Positions 26,801 to 41,800 of a stretch of DNA of 64,000 nt are shown one piece after another. Source of the DNA: Cyanophora paradoxa CCMP329 (lineage: Eukaryota > Plantae > Glaucophyta). The notes under the pieces are model-generated. The model saw only the letters and a list, made by a program, of their open reading frames with translations, was not told the origin of the DNA and ran no database searches. The stretch is taken from the NCBI GenBank assembly GCA_004431415.1, contig QPMI01000040.1:124001-188000 (forward strand), given 5' to 3'. Made by a program: the position numbers and the translations under genes. How positions within the stretch are numbered: the first letter of the stretch is position 1; each line of letters opens with the position of its first letter.

Positions 26801-29800
26801 CATTCAAAAACCCGTTTGCGTTCAGGAGCCCTGTCGACGTGAGCGTTCCAGTAACACTCATGAAGCCGGTGCCCAGAACGTTGCCAGACATATCGATGAC
26901 GAACTTATTCGCCATCACGTTGAGGAACCCATCGGCATTCAGCAAGCCCGTCGACGTAAGCGTGCCAGTGAGACCGACAACACCCGTCCCCAACACGTTG
27001 CCCGACATGTCCACTACAAACTTGTTCGCCATGACATTCAGAAAGCCGTTCGCGTTCAACAGGCCTGTCGACGTCACTGTGCCAGTCAGACCCACTGCAC
27101 CGGTCCCCAGGACGTTGCCAGACATGTCCACCACGAACTGGTTCGACATCACATTCAGGAATCCATTCGCGTTCAGAAGACCTGTTGATGTGACCGTTCC
27201 GGTAACACCGACCGCGCCAGTGCTAAGCACGTTGCCCGATATGTCGATAACAAACTTGTTCGTCATCACGTTGAAGAACCCGTCTGCATTTAGCAGACCC
27301 GTCGACGTAAATGTGCCAGTGAGACCGACAGTGCCCGTCCCCAGCACGTTGCCCGACATGTCCACCACGAACTGGTTCGCCATCACGTTCAGGAATCCGT
27401 TCGCGTTGAGCAATCCTGTAGACGTTAATGTTCCGGTGATGCCTACAGCACCCGTGCCCAGCACGTTGCCCGACATGTCGATCACGAACTGGTTCGACAT
27501 CACATTCAAGAACCCGTTCGCGTTCAGCAGGCCAGTCGACGTCAGTGTTCCAGTGAGACCCACAGCGCCCGTTCCCAAGACGTTTCCTGACATGTCCACC
27601 ACAAATTGGTTCGACATCACGTTCAGGAACCCATTCGCGTTCAAAAGACCGGTCGACGTGAGCGTCCCTGTGAGACCAACAGCACCCGTTCCCAGCACGT
27701 TGCCCGACATGTCGATCACGAACTGGTTCGACATCACGTTCAGGAACCCGTTTGCGTTCAGCAGACCCGTCGACGTCAGCGTGCCAGTGAGACCGACTGC
27801 GCCCGTCGCCAGCACGTTGCCCGACATGTCCACCACGAACTTGTTTGCCACCACGTTAAGGAACCCATTCGCGTTCAGAAGACCAGTCGACGTCAGCGTG
27901 CCAGTCAGACCAACTGTGCCCGTCCCAAGCATGTTACCTGACATGTCCACCACGAATTTGTTTGCCATCACGTTCAGGAAGCCGTTCGCATTCAACAAGC
28001 CCGTGGATGTCACAGTCCCTGTAAGCCCAACGGCGCCAGTGCTCAGCATGTTGCCCGACATATCAACCACGAACTTATTTGCCATCACGTTCAGAAACCC
28101 GTTCGCGTTCAAGAGGCCCGTGGACGTCACTGTCCCAGTCAGGCCAACAGCGCCCGTCCCCAGAACGTTACCCGAAATGTCGATCACAAACTGGTTCGAC
28201 ATCACGTTCAGGAACCCGTTCGCGTTCAGCAGACCGGTCGACGTCAGCGTGCCAGTGAGACCCACAGCGCCCGTTCCCAAGACGTTTCCTGACATGTCCA
28301 CCACGAACTTATTCGCCATCACGTTCAGGAACCCGTCTGCATTCAGCAGGCCCGTCGAAGTCAGGGTCCCGGTGAGACCAACAGCACCCGTCCCTAGCAC
28401 GTTGCCCGACATGTCCACAACAAATTGGTTCGCCATCACGTTCAGGAACCCGTTCGCATTCAGCAGACCAGTCGACGTTAGGGTGCCTGTGAGACCAACT
28501 GCGCCTGTCCCCAGCACGTTGCCCGACATATCCACCACGAACTTGTTAGCCATCACGTTCAGGAAGCCTTCTGCATTTAGCAGGCCAGTTGATGTCAGGG
28601 TCCCTGTCAGACCAACGGAGCCCGTGCCCAGCGCATTGCCTGACATGTCCACTACAAACTGGTTCGACATGACGTTCAGGAAACCGTTCGCATTCAGCAG
28701 CCCTGTTGAGGTCACGGTCCCTGTGATCCCCACCGATCCCGTCCCAAGAACATTGCCCGACATGTCCACCACAAACTGATTCCCCATTACGTTGAGGAAA
28801 CCATTCGCGTTCAGCAGACCTGTTGAAGTAAGCGTTCCAGTGAGACCAACGGCGCCCGTACCCAGGACGTTGCCCGACATGTCAACAACGAACTTGTTCG
28901 CCATCACGTTCAGGAACCCGTTCGCATTCAGCAACCCAGTGGACGTCACGGTCCCGGTCACACCGACTAAACCCGTGCCAAGTACATTGCCCGACGTGTC
29001 GACCACAAATTGATTCGCCATGACGTTAAGGAACCCATTCGCGTTCAGCAGACCCGTCGACGTCAGGGTGCCAGTAACACCGACCGCGCCAGTCCCCAAC
29101 ACGTTGCCAGACATGTCGATCACGAACTGATTCGCCATAACGTTGAGGAACCCATTTGCATTCAGCAGACCCGTCGAAGTCAGTGTTCCCGTGACACCTA
29201 TTGCGCCCGTCCCCAACACGTTGCCCGACATGTCCACGACAAACTTGTTCGCCATCACGTTCAGAGACCCGTTGGCATTCAGCAAGCCAGTCGAGGTCAG
29301 CGTCCCGGTCACACCTACCGTGCCCGTGCCGAGCACATTCCCGGAGAAGTCTACCACAAACTTGTTTGACATCACGTTCAGGAACCCGTTAGCATTCAAC
29401 AAGCCCGTGGATGTCACGGTTCCTGTCAAACCAACTGCACCAGTCCCCAGCACGTTTCCAGACATGTCCACCACAAACTGGTTCGCCATTACGTTAAGGA
29501 ACCCGTTCGCGTTCAGCAGGCCGGTCGACGTCAACGTTCCTGTGATTCCCACGGCGCCTGTGCCGAGAACGTTGCCCGACATATCTACCACAAACTTGTT
29601 CGCCATGACATTCAGGAAGCCGTTCGCGTTCAGCAACCCCGTCGACGTCACGGTCCCCGTCACTCCAACCAAACCCGTCCCCAGAATGTTACCCGACATA
29701 TCCACAACAAACTGATTCGCCATTACGTTCAGGAACCCGTTCGCGTTCAGCAGACCCGTCGACGTCAGCGTGCCAGTGAGACCGACTGCGCCCGTCCCAA

Positions 29801-32800
29801 GCACATTGCCCGACATGTCGATCACGAACTGATTCGCCATCACATTCAGGAACCCATTCGCATTCAACAGGCCAGTCGACGTAAGCGTGCCTGTGAGACC
29901 AACAGCTCCAGTACCCAGCACGTTGCCCGACATATCCACGACGAGCTGGTTCGCCATCACGTTCAGGAAGCCGTTCGCATTCAACAGGCCAGTCGACGTA
30001 AGCGTCCCTGTGAGACCAACAGCTCCAGTTCCCAGCACGTTGCCCGACATGTCTACAATAAACTGATTTGCCATCACGTTCAGGAAACCGTTCGCGTTCA
30101 ACAGACCCGTAGACGTCACAGTTCCCGTCAGACCTACCGAACCCGTGCCCAGCACGTTGCCCGACATGTCAACGACGAACTGATTCGCCATGACGTTCAG
30201 GAAGCCGTTTGCATTCAAAAGGCCAGTCGACGTAAGCGTGCCAGTAAGACCAACAACTCCAGTTCCTAGCACGTTGCCCGACATATCAACCACGAACTGG
30301 TTTGCCATCACGTTGAGGAACCCATTCGCATTCAGCAGACCCGTCGAAGTCAGGGTTCCCGTAATACCCAGCGAACCCGTGCCCAGCACATTGCCAGATA
30401 TGTCGACTATGAACTTGTTCGCCATCACGTTCAAATACCCGTTCGCGTTCAACAATCCCGTTGAAGTCAGCGTGCCAGTAAGACCAACTGCACCAGTACC
30501 AAGCACGTTCCCGGACATATCGACCACAAACTTATTTGCCATCACGTTGAGGAAGCCGTTGGCGTTTAAAAGCCCCGTCGACGTGACTGTCCCTGTGAGA
30601 CCTGCAGCACCAGTCCAAAGGACATTGCCCGATGCGTCCACAGTGAACTTGTTCGCCATCACGTTCAGCCCGCCGTTCGCGTTCAGCAGCCCCGTCGACG
30701 TCACCGTCCCCGTCACCCCCACCATGCCCGTCGCCAGCGTATTGCCCGAGATGTCGACACTCAGCTGATTCCACCTCACGTTCAGCCCGCCGTTCGCGTT
30801 CAGCAGTCCCGTCGACGTTACGGTCCCCGTCACCCCGACCATGCCCGTCGCCAGTACGTTGCCCGAGATGTCGACGCTCAGCTGGTTCCACCTCACGTTC
30901 AGTCCGCCGTTCGCGTTCAGCAGCCCCGTCGACGTCACCGTCCCCGTCACCCCGACCATGCCCGTCGCCAGCGCGTTGCCCGAGATGTCGACGCTCAGCT
31001 GGTTCCACCGAACGTTCAGCCCGCCGTTCGCGTTCAGCAGCCCCGTCGACGTCACGGTCCCCGTCACCCCGACCAGGCCCGTCGCCAGTGCGTTGCCCGA
31101 GACGTCGACGCTCAGTTGGTTCCACCTCACGTTCAGCCCGCCGTTCGCGTTCAGCAGCCCCGTCGACGTCACGGTCCCCGTCACCCCCACCATGCCCGTC
31201 GCCAGCGCGTTGCCCGAGATGTCGACGCTCAGCTGGTTCCACCGAACGTTCAGCCCGCCGTTCGCGTTCAGCAGCCCCGTCGACGTCACCGTTCCCGTAA
31301 CCCTGACCATGCCCGTCGCCAGTACGTTGCCCGAGATGTCGACGCTCAGCTGGTTCCACCTCACGTTCAGTCCGCCGTTCGCGTTCAGCAGCCCCGTCGA
31401 CGTCACGGTCCCCGTCACCCCGACCACGCCCGTCGCAAGCGCGTTGCCCGAGATGTCGATGCTCAGCTGGTTCCACCTCACGTTCAGCCCGCCGTTCGCG
31501 TTCAGAAGCCCAGTAGATGTTACAGTGCCGGTCACGCCCAAAGCGCCTGTTGACAAGACATTTCCACTCATGTCGACAGATAGCTTATTAGACCGCACAT
31601 TCAGAAATCCGTCAGCATTGAGCAGCCCCGTCGATGTCACGGTCCCCGTCACCCCCACCATGCCCGTCGCCAGCGCATTGCCCGAGGTGTCGACGCTCAG
31701 CTGATTCCACCTCACGTTCAGCCCGCCGTTCGCATTCAGCAGCCCCGTCGACGTCACCGTCCCCGTCACCCCGACCATGCCCGTCGCCAGCGCGTTGCCC
31801 GAGAAATCGACGCTCAGCTGGTTCCACCGAACGTTCAGCCCACCGTTCGCGTTCAGCAACCCTGTCGACGTCACGGTCCCCGTCACTCCAACCATACCCG
31901 TCGCCAGAACGTTGCCCGACATATCCACAATAAACTGGTTTGCCATCACATTCAGGAACCCGTTTGCATTCAACAGGCCGGTGGACGTCAATGTTCCTGT
32001 CACTGCAACTGAACCAGTCCCCAGCGCGTTGCCCGACATGTCAATAACGAACTGATTCGCCATCACATTCAGGAATCCGTTTGCGTTGAGCAATCCTGTA
32101 GACGTCAATGTTCCGGTGATGCCTACAGCACCCGTGCCCAGCACGTTGCCCGACATGTCGATCACGAACTGGTTCGACATCACGTTCAGGAACCCGTTCG
32201 CGTTGAGCAGGCCAGTCGACGTCAGGGTGCCTGTGAGACCAATTGCACCCGTGCCCAGCACGTTGCCCGACATGTCCACCACGAATTGGTTTGCCATCAC
32301 GTTCAGGAACCCATTCGCATTCAGGAGCCCCGTGGACGTCAGCGTCCCAGTGAGACCTACAGCACCCGTGCCCAGCACGTTGCCCGACATGTCAAGAACG
32401 AACTGATTCGCCATCACGTTCAGGAACCCATTCGCGTTCAGCAGACCAGTCGATGTCACTGTGCCGGTGACACCGACCGCGCCCGTTCCAAGCACGTTGC
32501 CTGACGTATCCACCACGAACTGATTTGCCATCACGTTCAGGAATCCGTTCGCGTTCAGCAGACCGGTCGATGTCACTGTGCCAGTGACACCGACAGCGCC
32601 CGTTCCAAGCACGTTACCTGACATATCCACCAGGAACTGATTCGCCATCACGTTCAGGAACCCGTTCGCGTTCAGCAGGCCAGTCGACGTCAGTGTCCCG
32701 GTCAGACCCACCGAGCCAGTCCCCAGCGCATTGCCCGACATGTCTATCACGAACTGATTCGCCATCACGTTCAGGAAACCGTTCGCGTTGAGCAAACCCG

Positions 32801-35800
32801 TTGACGTGACTGTGCCAGTCACACCAATCGTCCCTGTCCCGAGCACATTTCCAGAGAGGTCAATCGCGAACTGATTTGCCATGATGTTGAGGCCGCCATT
32901 CGCGTTCAACAATCCCGTTGCCGTAGTCGTTCCGCTTACTCCAAGTGTCCCAGTCGCCATTGTATTTCCGGAGATATCCACTGAGAAGACAGCCAAGTTG
33001 CCGACCTGTTCTGCAACGTTGATCCCCCCGTTTGCGTTGAGAAGTCCTGTCAGTGTCGTTGTACCAGAAACCCCCACCGCTCCAGAAATCAGCGTATTGC
33101 CTGATATGTCGACTGCAAACTTGTCCCATCGCACATTCAGACCGCCGTTTGCGTTGATAAGTCCTGTTGATGTTAAGGTTCCAGTGACCCAAAGCTTTCC
33201 AGTCATGAGCACGTTTCCGGAGGGATCAAGTCGGAACTTGTTCGAAAGAACATTAATTCCTGCATTCGCGTTCAGAAGATTGGTGAAAGTAGATGTGCCT
33301 GTGACGCCCATCGTTCCCGTTATAAGCACAGTTCCGTTGGAGCTCGCTATGAACTTGTTCTCATTGATGTTTATGCCTCCGTTCGCGTTGATGAGGCCGC
33401 TGTGGGTCATTGTGCCCGTCACCCCTAAGTGCCCAGATATGATGGTGTTGCCCGATGCGTCGACTTTAAAGCCAATATACAGTAGGCTGGCTGGGACACC
33501 GTACTCGTTGTTCGCGTAGTGTGGGTGGACCTCGAAGCCGCCGTGAGTTGTGTACATGCCGGTAGACGTGAAATGTCCGGTAACTCCCAGCGACCCAGTC
33601 ATAAGCATGTTTCCAGACCTGTCGACTGACCAGTGCACACTGGGAAGTTGACCGACGTTGATGCCCCCCACAGGCTGGAAAAGTCCTGTAATCGACACGT
33701 CACCCGTTACACCGAGGCTCCCGGTCGCAAGCATACTGCCAGAAGCGTCGATAGAGAAAGCCGACAAGCCCAGGTACTCTTTCTCGGCAGATGTGTAATT
33801 GTTATACTGGGTACAGTTGCCAGAACCGTCAGTAACTGCACAGTCGGAGTAGTTTGTGCGGGTAACGTTGATGTCCACGAGGGCACCCGGCGGATTAAAG
33901 ATGTTGATGCCTCCATACGAAGAGATCATTTGGCTAAACGTTGGCGCCCCCCAGACGTCCAATGAACCCGTCACAAGCGTGTTACCACTCATATCGACGG
34001 CAAACATGGTCTGCGTAATTTCAATGGAGTGCTCCTGATGGTACGCACGAACGTTGATGCCGCCATTCGCATTCAAAAGCCCAGTGCTAGTAATGGTGCC
34101 TGTCAGGCCGACTTCTCCTGTGATGAGCATATTCCCTGACATGTCCACCACGAACTGATTCCATCGAACGTTCAGCCCGCCGTTCGCGTTCAGCAGCCCC
34201 GTCGACGTCACGGTCCCCGTCACCCCGACCATGCCCGTCGCCAGCGCGTTGCCCGACAAGTCCACCACGAACTGGTTCCATCGAACGTTCAGCCCGCCGT
34301 TCGCGTTCAGCAGCCCCGTCGACGTCACGGTCCCCGTCACCCCGACCATGCCCGTTGCCAGCGCATTGCCCGACATGTCCACATGGAACTGATTAAACCG
34401 AACGTTCAGTCCACCGTTCGCATTCAGCAGCCCCGTCGACGTCACGGTCCCCGTCACCTCGACCATGCCCGTCGCCAGCGCGTTGCCCGACATGTCCACC
34501 ACGAACTGATTCCACCTCACGTTCAGCCCGCCGTTCGCGTTCAGCAGCCCCGTCGACGTCACGGTCCCCGTCACCCCGACCATGCCCGTCGCCAGCGCGT
34601 TGCCCGAGATGTCGACGCTCAGCTGGTTCCACCGAACGTTCAGCCCGCCGTTCGCGTTCAGCAGCCCCGTCGACGTCACCGTCCCCGTCACCCCGACCAT
34701 GCCCGTCGCTAGCGCGTTGCCCGAGATGTCGATGCTCAGCTGGTTCCACCGAACGTTCAGCCCGCCGTTCGCGTTCAGCAGCCCCGTCGACGTCACGGTC
34801 CCCGTCACCCCGACCATGCCCGTCGCCAACGTGTTGCCCGACATGTCCACCACGAACTGATTCCACCTCACGTTCAGCCCGCCGTTCGCGTTCAGCAGCC
34901 CCGTCGACGTCACGGTCCCCGTCACCCCGACCATGCCCGTCGCCAGCGCGTTGCCCGAGATGTCGACGCTCAGCTGGTTCCACCGAACGTTCAGCCCGCC
35001 GTTCGCGTTCAGCAGCCCCGTCGACGTCACCGTCCCCGTCACCCCGATCATGCCCGTCGCCAGTGTGTTGCCCGACATGTCGACGCTCAGCTGGTTCCAC
35101 CGAACGTTCAGCCCGCCGTTCGCGTTCAGCAGCCCCGTCGACGTCACGGTCCCCGTCACCCCGACCATGCCTGTTGCCAGCGCGTTGCCCGACATGTCCA
35201 CCACGAATTGGTTCCACCTCACGTTCAGCCCGCCGTTCGCGTTCAGCAGCCCCGACGACGTCACGGTCCCCGTCACCCCGACCATGCCCGTCGCCAGCGT
35301 ATTGCCCGAGATGTCGACGCTCAGCTGGTTCCAACGAACGTTCAGCCCGCCGTTCGCGTTCAGCAGTCCCGTCAACGTCACGGTCCCCGTCACCCCCACC
35401 ATGCCCGTCGCCAGCGCGTTGCCCGACATGTCGACGCTCAGCTGGTTCCACCGAACGTTCAGCCCGCCGTTCGCGTTCAGCAGCCCCGTCGACGTCACGG
35501 TCCCCGTCACCCCGACCATGCCCGTCGCCAGCGCATTGCCCAACATGTCAACGACCAACTGGTTCCACATCACATTCAGCCCGCCGTTCGCGTTCAGCAG
35601 CCCCGTCGACGTCACCGTCCCCGTCACCCCGATCATGCCCGTCGCCAGTGTGTTGCCCGACATGTCGACGCTCAGCTGGTTCCACCGAACGTTCAGCCCG
35701 CCGTTCGCGTTCAGCAGCCCCGTCGACGTCACGGTCCCCGTCACCCCGACCATGCCCGTCGCCAGCGCGTTGCCCGAAATATCGACGCTAAGCTGGTTCC

Positions 35801-38800
35801 ACCGAACGTTCAGTCCACCGTTCGCGTTCAGCAGCCCCGTCGACGTCACCGTCCCCGTCACCCCGACCATGCCCGTTGCCAGCGCGTTGCCCGACATGTC
35901 CACCACGAACTGATTCCACCGAACGTTCAGCCCGCCGTTCGCGTTCAGCAGCCCCGTCGACGTCACCGTCCCCGTCACTCCGACCATGCCCGTCGCCAGC
36001 GCGTTGCCCGACATGTCCACCACGAACTGATTCGACATCACGTTCAGCCCGCCGTTCGCGTTCAGCAGCCCCGTCGACGTCACGGTCCCCGTCACCCCGA
36101 CCATGCCCGTCGCCAGCGCGTTGCCCGAGATGTCCACGCTCAGCTGGTTCCACCGAACGTTCAGCCCGCCGTTCGCGTTCAGCAGCCCCGTCGACGTCAC
36201 CGTCCCCGTCACCCCGACCATGCCCGTCGCCAGCGCGTTGCCCGAGATGTCGATGCTCAGCTGGTTCCACCGAACGTTCAGCCCGCCGTTCGCGTTCAGC
36301 AGCCCCGTCGACGTCACGGTCCCCGTCACCCCGACCATGCCCGTCGCCAGCGCGTTGCCCGAGATATCGACGATCAGCTGGTTCCACCGAACGTTCAGCC
36401 CGCCGTTCGCGTTCAGCAGCCCCGTCGACGTCACCGTCCCCGTCACCCCGACCATGCCCGTCGCCAGCGCGTTGCCCGACATGTCCACCACGAACTGGTT
36501 CCACCGAACGTTCAGCCCTCCGTTCGCGTTCAGCAGCCCCGTCGACGTCACGGTCCCCGTCACCCCGACCATGCCCGTCGCCAGCGCGTTGCCCGACATG
36601 TCTACCACGAACTGGTTCCACCGAACGTTCAGCCCGCCGTTCGCGTTCAGCAGCCCCGTCGACGTCACCGTCCCCGTCACCCCGACCATGCCCGTCGCCA
36701 GCGCGTTGCCCGACATGTCCACCACGAACTGATTCCACCGAACGTTCAGCCCGCCGTTCGCGTTCAGCAGCCCCGTCGACGTCACCGTCCCCGTCACCCC
36801 GACCATGCCCGTGGCCAGCGCGTTGCCGGAGATGTCGATGCTGAGCTGGTTCCACCTCACGTTCAGCCCGCCGTTCGCGTTCAGCAGCCCCGTCGACGTC
36901 ACGGTCCCCGTCACCCCGACCATGCCCGTCGCCAGCGCGTTGCCCGACATGTCCACTACGAACTGATTCCACCTCACGTTCAGCCCGCCGTTCGCGTTCA
37001 GCAGCCCCGTCGACGTCACGGTCCCCGTCACCCCGACCATGCCCGTCGCCAGCGCGTTGCCCGACATGTCCACCACGAACTGGTTCCGCATCACATTCAG
37101 CCCGCCGTTCGCGTTCAGCAGCCCCGTCGACGTCACGGTCCCTGTCACCCCGACCATGCCCGTCGCCAGCGTGTTGCCCGACAAGTCCACCACGAACTGG
37201 TTCCACATCACGTTCAGCCCGCCGTTCGCGTTCAGCAGCCCCGTCGACGTCACGGTCCCCGTCACCCCCACCATGCCCGTAGCCAGCGTGTTGCCCGACA
37301 TGTCCACGCTCAGCTGGTTCCACCGAACGTTCAGCCCGCCGTTCGCGTTCAGCAGCCCCGTCGACGTCAAGGTCCCCGTCACTCCAACCATGCCCGTCGC
37401 CAGCGAATTGCCCGACATGTCAACGACGAACTGATTCCACATCACATTCAGCCCGCCGTTCGCGTTCAGCAGTCCCGTCGACGTTACGGTCCCCGTCACC
37501 CCGACCATGCCCGTCGCCAGCGCGTTGCCCGACATGTCGACGACGAACTGATTCCACCTCACGTTCAGCCCGCCGTTCGCGTTCAGCAGCCCCGTCGACG
37601 TCACGGTCCCCGTCACCCCGACCATGCCCGTCGCCAGCGCGTTGCCCGACATGTCCACCACGAACTGGTTCCACCGAACGTTCAGTCCACCGTTCGCGTT
37701 CAGCAGCCCCGTCGACGTCACGGTCCCTGTCACCCCGACCATGCCCGTCGCCAGCGCGTTGCCCGACATGTCCACCACGAGCTGATTCCACATCACGTTC
37801 AGCCCGCCGTTCGCGTTCAGCAGCCCCGTCGAAGTTACGGTCCCTGTCACCCCCACCATGCCCGTCGCCAGCGCGTTGCCCGAGATGTCGATGCTCAGCT
37901 GGTTCCACCTCACGTTCAGCCCGCCGTTCGCGTTCAGCAGCCCCGTCGACGTCACGGTCCCCGTCACCCCGACCATGCCCGTCGCCAGCACATTGCCCGA
38001 CATGTCGACACTCAGCTGATTCCACCTCACGTTCAGCCCGCCGTTCGCGTTCAGCAGTCCCGTCGACGTCACCGTCCCCGTCACCCCGACCATGCCCGTC
38101 GCAAGCGCGTTGCCCGAGATGTCGACGCTCAGCTGGTTCCATCGAACGTTCAGCCCGCCGTTCGCGTTCAGCAGCCCCGTCGACGTCACGGTCCCCGTCA
38201 CCCCGACCATGCCTGTCCCCAGCGCGTTACCCGACATGTCCACCACGAACTGATTCCACATCACGTTCAGCCCGCCGTTCGCGTTCAGCAGCCCCGTCGA
38301 CGTCACGGTCCCCGTCACCCCGACCATGCCCGTCGCCAGCGTGTTGCCCGAGATGTCGATGCTCAGCTGGTTCCACCGAACATTCAGCCCGCCGTTCGCG
38401 TTCAGCAGCCCCGTCGACGTCACCGTCCCCGTCACTCCGACCATGCCAGTCGCCAGCGTGTTGCCCGACATGTCCACGCTCAGCTGGTTCCACCGAACGT
38501 TCAGCCCGCCGTTCGCGTTCAGCAGCCCCGTCGACGTCACGGTCCCCGTCACCCCGACCATGCCCGTCGCCAGCGCGTTGCCCGACATGTCCACCACGAA
38601 CTGATTCCACATCACATTCAGCCCGCCGTTCGCGTTCAGCAGCCCCGTCGACGTCACCGTCCCCGTCACTCCAACCATGCCCGTCGCCAGCGCGTTGCCC
38701 GAGATGTCGACGCTCAGCTGGTTCCACCGAACGTTCAGCCCGCCGTTCGCGTTCAGCAGCCCTGTCGACGTCACGGTCCCCGTCACCCCGACCATGCCCG

Positions 38801-41800
38801 TCGCCAGCGCGTTGCCCGACATGTCCACCACGAGCTGATTCCACCGAACGTTCAGTCCACCGTTCGCGTTCAGCAGCCCCGTCGACGTCACCGTCCCCGT
38901 CACCCCGACCATGCCCGTCGCCAGCGCGTTGCCCGACATGTCCACCACGAACTGGTTCCACCGAACGTTCAGCCCGCCGTTCGCGTTCAGCAGCCCCGTC
39001 GACGTCACGGTCCCCGTCACCCCGACCATGCCCGTCGCCAGCGCGTTGCCCGAAATATCGACGCTCAGCTGGTTCCACCGAACGTTCAGCCCGCCGTTCG
39101 CGTTCAGCAGCCCCGTCGACGTCACGGTCCCCGTCACTCCGACCATGCCCGTGGCCAGCGTATTGCCAGACATGTCCACCACGAATTGATTCCACCGAAC
39201 GTTCAGCCCGCCGTTCATGTTCAGCAGCCCCGTCGACGTCACGGTCCCCGTCACCCCGACCATGCCCGTCGCCAACGCGTTGCCCGACATGTCCACCACG
39301 AACTGATTCCACCGAACGTTCAGCCCGCCGTTCGCGTTAAGCAGCCCCGTCGACGTCACCGTCCCCGTCACCCCGACCATGCCCGTCGCCAGCGCGTTGC
39401 CCGAGATGTCGACGATCAGCTGGTTCCACCGAACGTTCAGCCCGCCGTTCGCGTTCAGCAGCCCCGTCGACGTCACGGTCCCCGTCACCCCGACCATGCC
39501 TGTCGCCAACGCATTGCCCGACATGTCCAACACGAACTGATTCCACCGAACGTTCAGCCCGCCGTTCGCGTTCAGCAGCCCCGTCGACGTTACGGTCCCC
39601 GTTACCCCAACCATACCTGTCGCTAGCGAGTTGCCGGAGATGTCCAACGCGAACTTGTTGTGAAGCACATTGAACCCTCCATCAAGATTTATAAAGCCAA
39701 ATGTGCTTCCTTCGCCGACAGTGAGCTTTCCGATAGTAGTGAGGTCTCCAGTGGTAGCGTTGATAGTTAGTACAGGGTCACTCATGTTAGCTCCAACGAA
39801 GAAGTCTCTCTTCAGATACTGTTGGCCCCCAACAATCAAAGTTCTGGCCATTTCCGCGTTCCCGAGTTGGTCTACGGCGAATGAAGAGAAGTTCGTGAAC
39901 GGATTCATCACGTTAATGCCACCGTTCGCCAAAACAAGACCAGTGACTGTTAGTGTTCCGGTGATACCAATACCACCAGTTGCAAGCATATTCCCAGAGA
40001 TATCCACAACGAACTGATTCCATCGAACGTTCAGCCCGCCGTTCGCGTTCAGCAGCCCCGTCGACGTCACCGTCCCCGTCACCCCGACCATGCCCGTCGC
40101 CAGCGCGTTGCCGGAGATGTCGATGCTCAGCTGGTTCCACCGAACGTTCAGCCCGCCGTTCATGTTCAGCAGCCCCGTCGACGTCACGGTCCCCGTCACC
40201 CCGACCATGCCCGTCGCCAACGCGTTGCCCGACATGTCCACCACGAACTGATTCCACCGAACGTTCAGCCCGCCGTTCGCGTTAAGCAGCCCCGTCGACG
40301 TCACCGTCCCCGTCACCCCGACCATGCCCGTCGCCAGCGTATTGCCCGAGATGTCGACGCTAAGCTGATTCCACCTCACGTTCAGCCCGCCGTTCGCGTT
40401 CAGCAGCCCCGTCGACGTCACGGTCCCCGTCACCCCGACCATGCCCGTCGCCAGTACGTTGCCCGAGATGTCGACGCTCAGCTGGTTCCACCGAACGTTC
40501 AGCCCGCCGTTCGCGTTCAGCAGCCCCGTCGACGTCACCGTCCCCGTCACCCCGATCATGCCCGTCGCAAGCGCGTTGCCCGACATGTCCACCACAAACT
40601 GATTCCGCCTCACGTTTAGGCCGCCGTTCGCGTTCAGCAGCCCCGTCGACGTCACCGTCCCCGTCACCCCGACCATGCCCGTCGCCAGCGCGTTGCCCGA
40701 CATGTCCACCACGAACTGATTCCACCGAACGTTCAGCCCGCCGTTCGCGTTCAGCAGCCCCGTCGACGTCACGGTCCCCGTCACTCCAACCATGCCCGTC
40801 GCCAGCGCGTTGCCCGAGATGTCGACGCTCAGTTGGTTCCACCGAACGTTCAGCCCGCCGTTCGCGTTCAGCAGCCCCGTCGACGTCACCGTCCCCGTCA
40901 CCCCGACCATGCCCGTCGCCAGCGCGTTGCCCGAAATATCGACGCTAAGCTGGTTCCACCTCACGTTCAGCCCGCCGTTCGCGTTCAGCAGCCCCGTCGA
41001 CGTCACGGTCCCCGTCACCCCCACAATGCCCGTCGCAAGCGCGTTGCCCGAGATGTCCACGCTCAGCTGGTTCCACCGAACGTTCAGCCCGCCGTTCGCG
41101 TTCAGCAGCCCCGTCGACGTCACCGTCCCCGTCACCCCGACCATGCCCGTCGCCAACGCGTTGCCCGAGATGTCCACGCTCAGCTGGTTCCACCGAACGT
41201 TCAGCCCGCCGTTCGCGTTCAGCAGCCCCGTCGACGTCACCGTCCCCGTCACCCCGACCATGCCCGTCGCCAGCGCATTGCCCGACATGTCGACGCTCAG
41301 CTGATTCCACCTCACGTTCAGCCCGCCGTTCGCGTTCAGCAGCCCCGTCGACGTCACGGTCCCCGTCACCCCGACAATGCCCGTCGCAAGCGCGTTGCCC
41401 GAGATGTCGATGCTCAGCTGGTTCCACCGAACGTTCAGCCCGCCGTTCGCGTTCAGCAGCCCCGTCGACGTCACGGTCCCCGTCACCCCGACCATGCCCG
41501 TCGCCAGCGCGTTGCCCGAGATGTCGACGCTCAGCTGGTTCCACCGAACGTTCAGCCCGCCGTTCGCGTTCAGCAGCCCCGTCGACGTCACCGTCCCCGT
41601 CACCCCGACCATGCCCGTCGCCAGCGCGTTGCCCGACATGTCGACGCTCAGCTGGTTCCACCGAACGTTCAGCCCGCCGTTCGCGTTAAGCAGCCCCGTC
41701 GACGTCACGGTCCCCGTCACCCCGACCATGCCCGTCGCCAGCGCGTTGCCCGAGATGTCCACGCTCAGCTGGTTCCACCGAACGTTCAGCCCGCCGTTCG

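Noticed and set aside
35208-39626. 1472-aa + strand ORF and the many other alternative-frame ORFs across 15000-42600 (PVDVTVPVTP..., VQQPRRRH..., DGDRDVDGAAE...)
   Set aside because: These are shadow frames of the 117-bp coding repeat. Wobble variation is synonymous only in the - strand 9445-aa frame and puts stops in the others.
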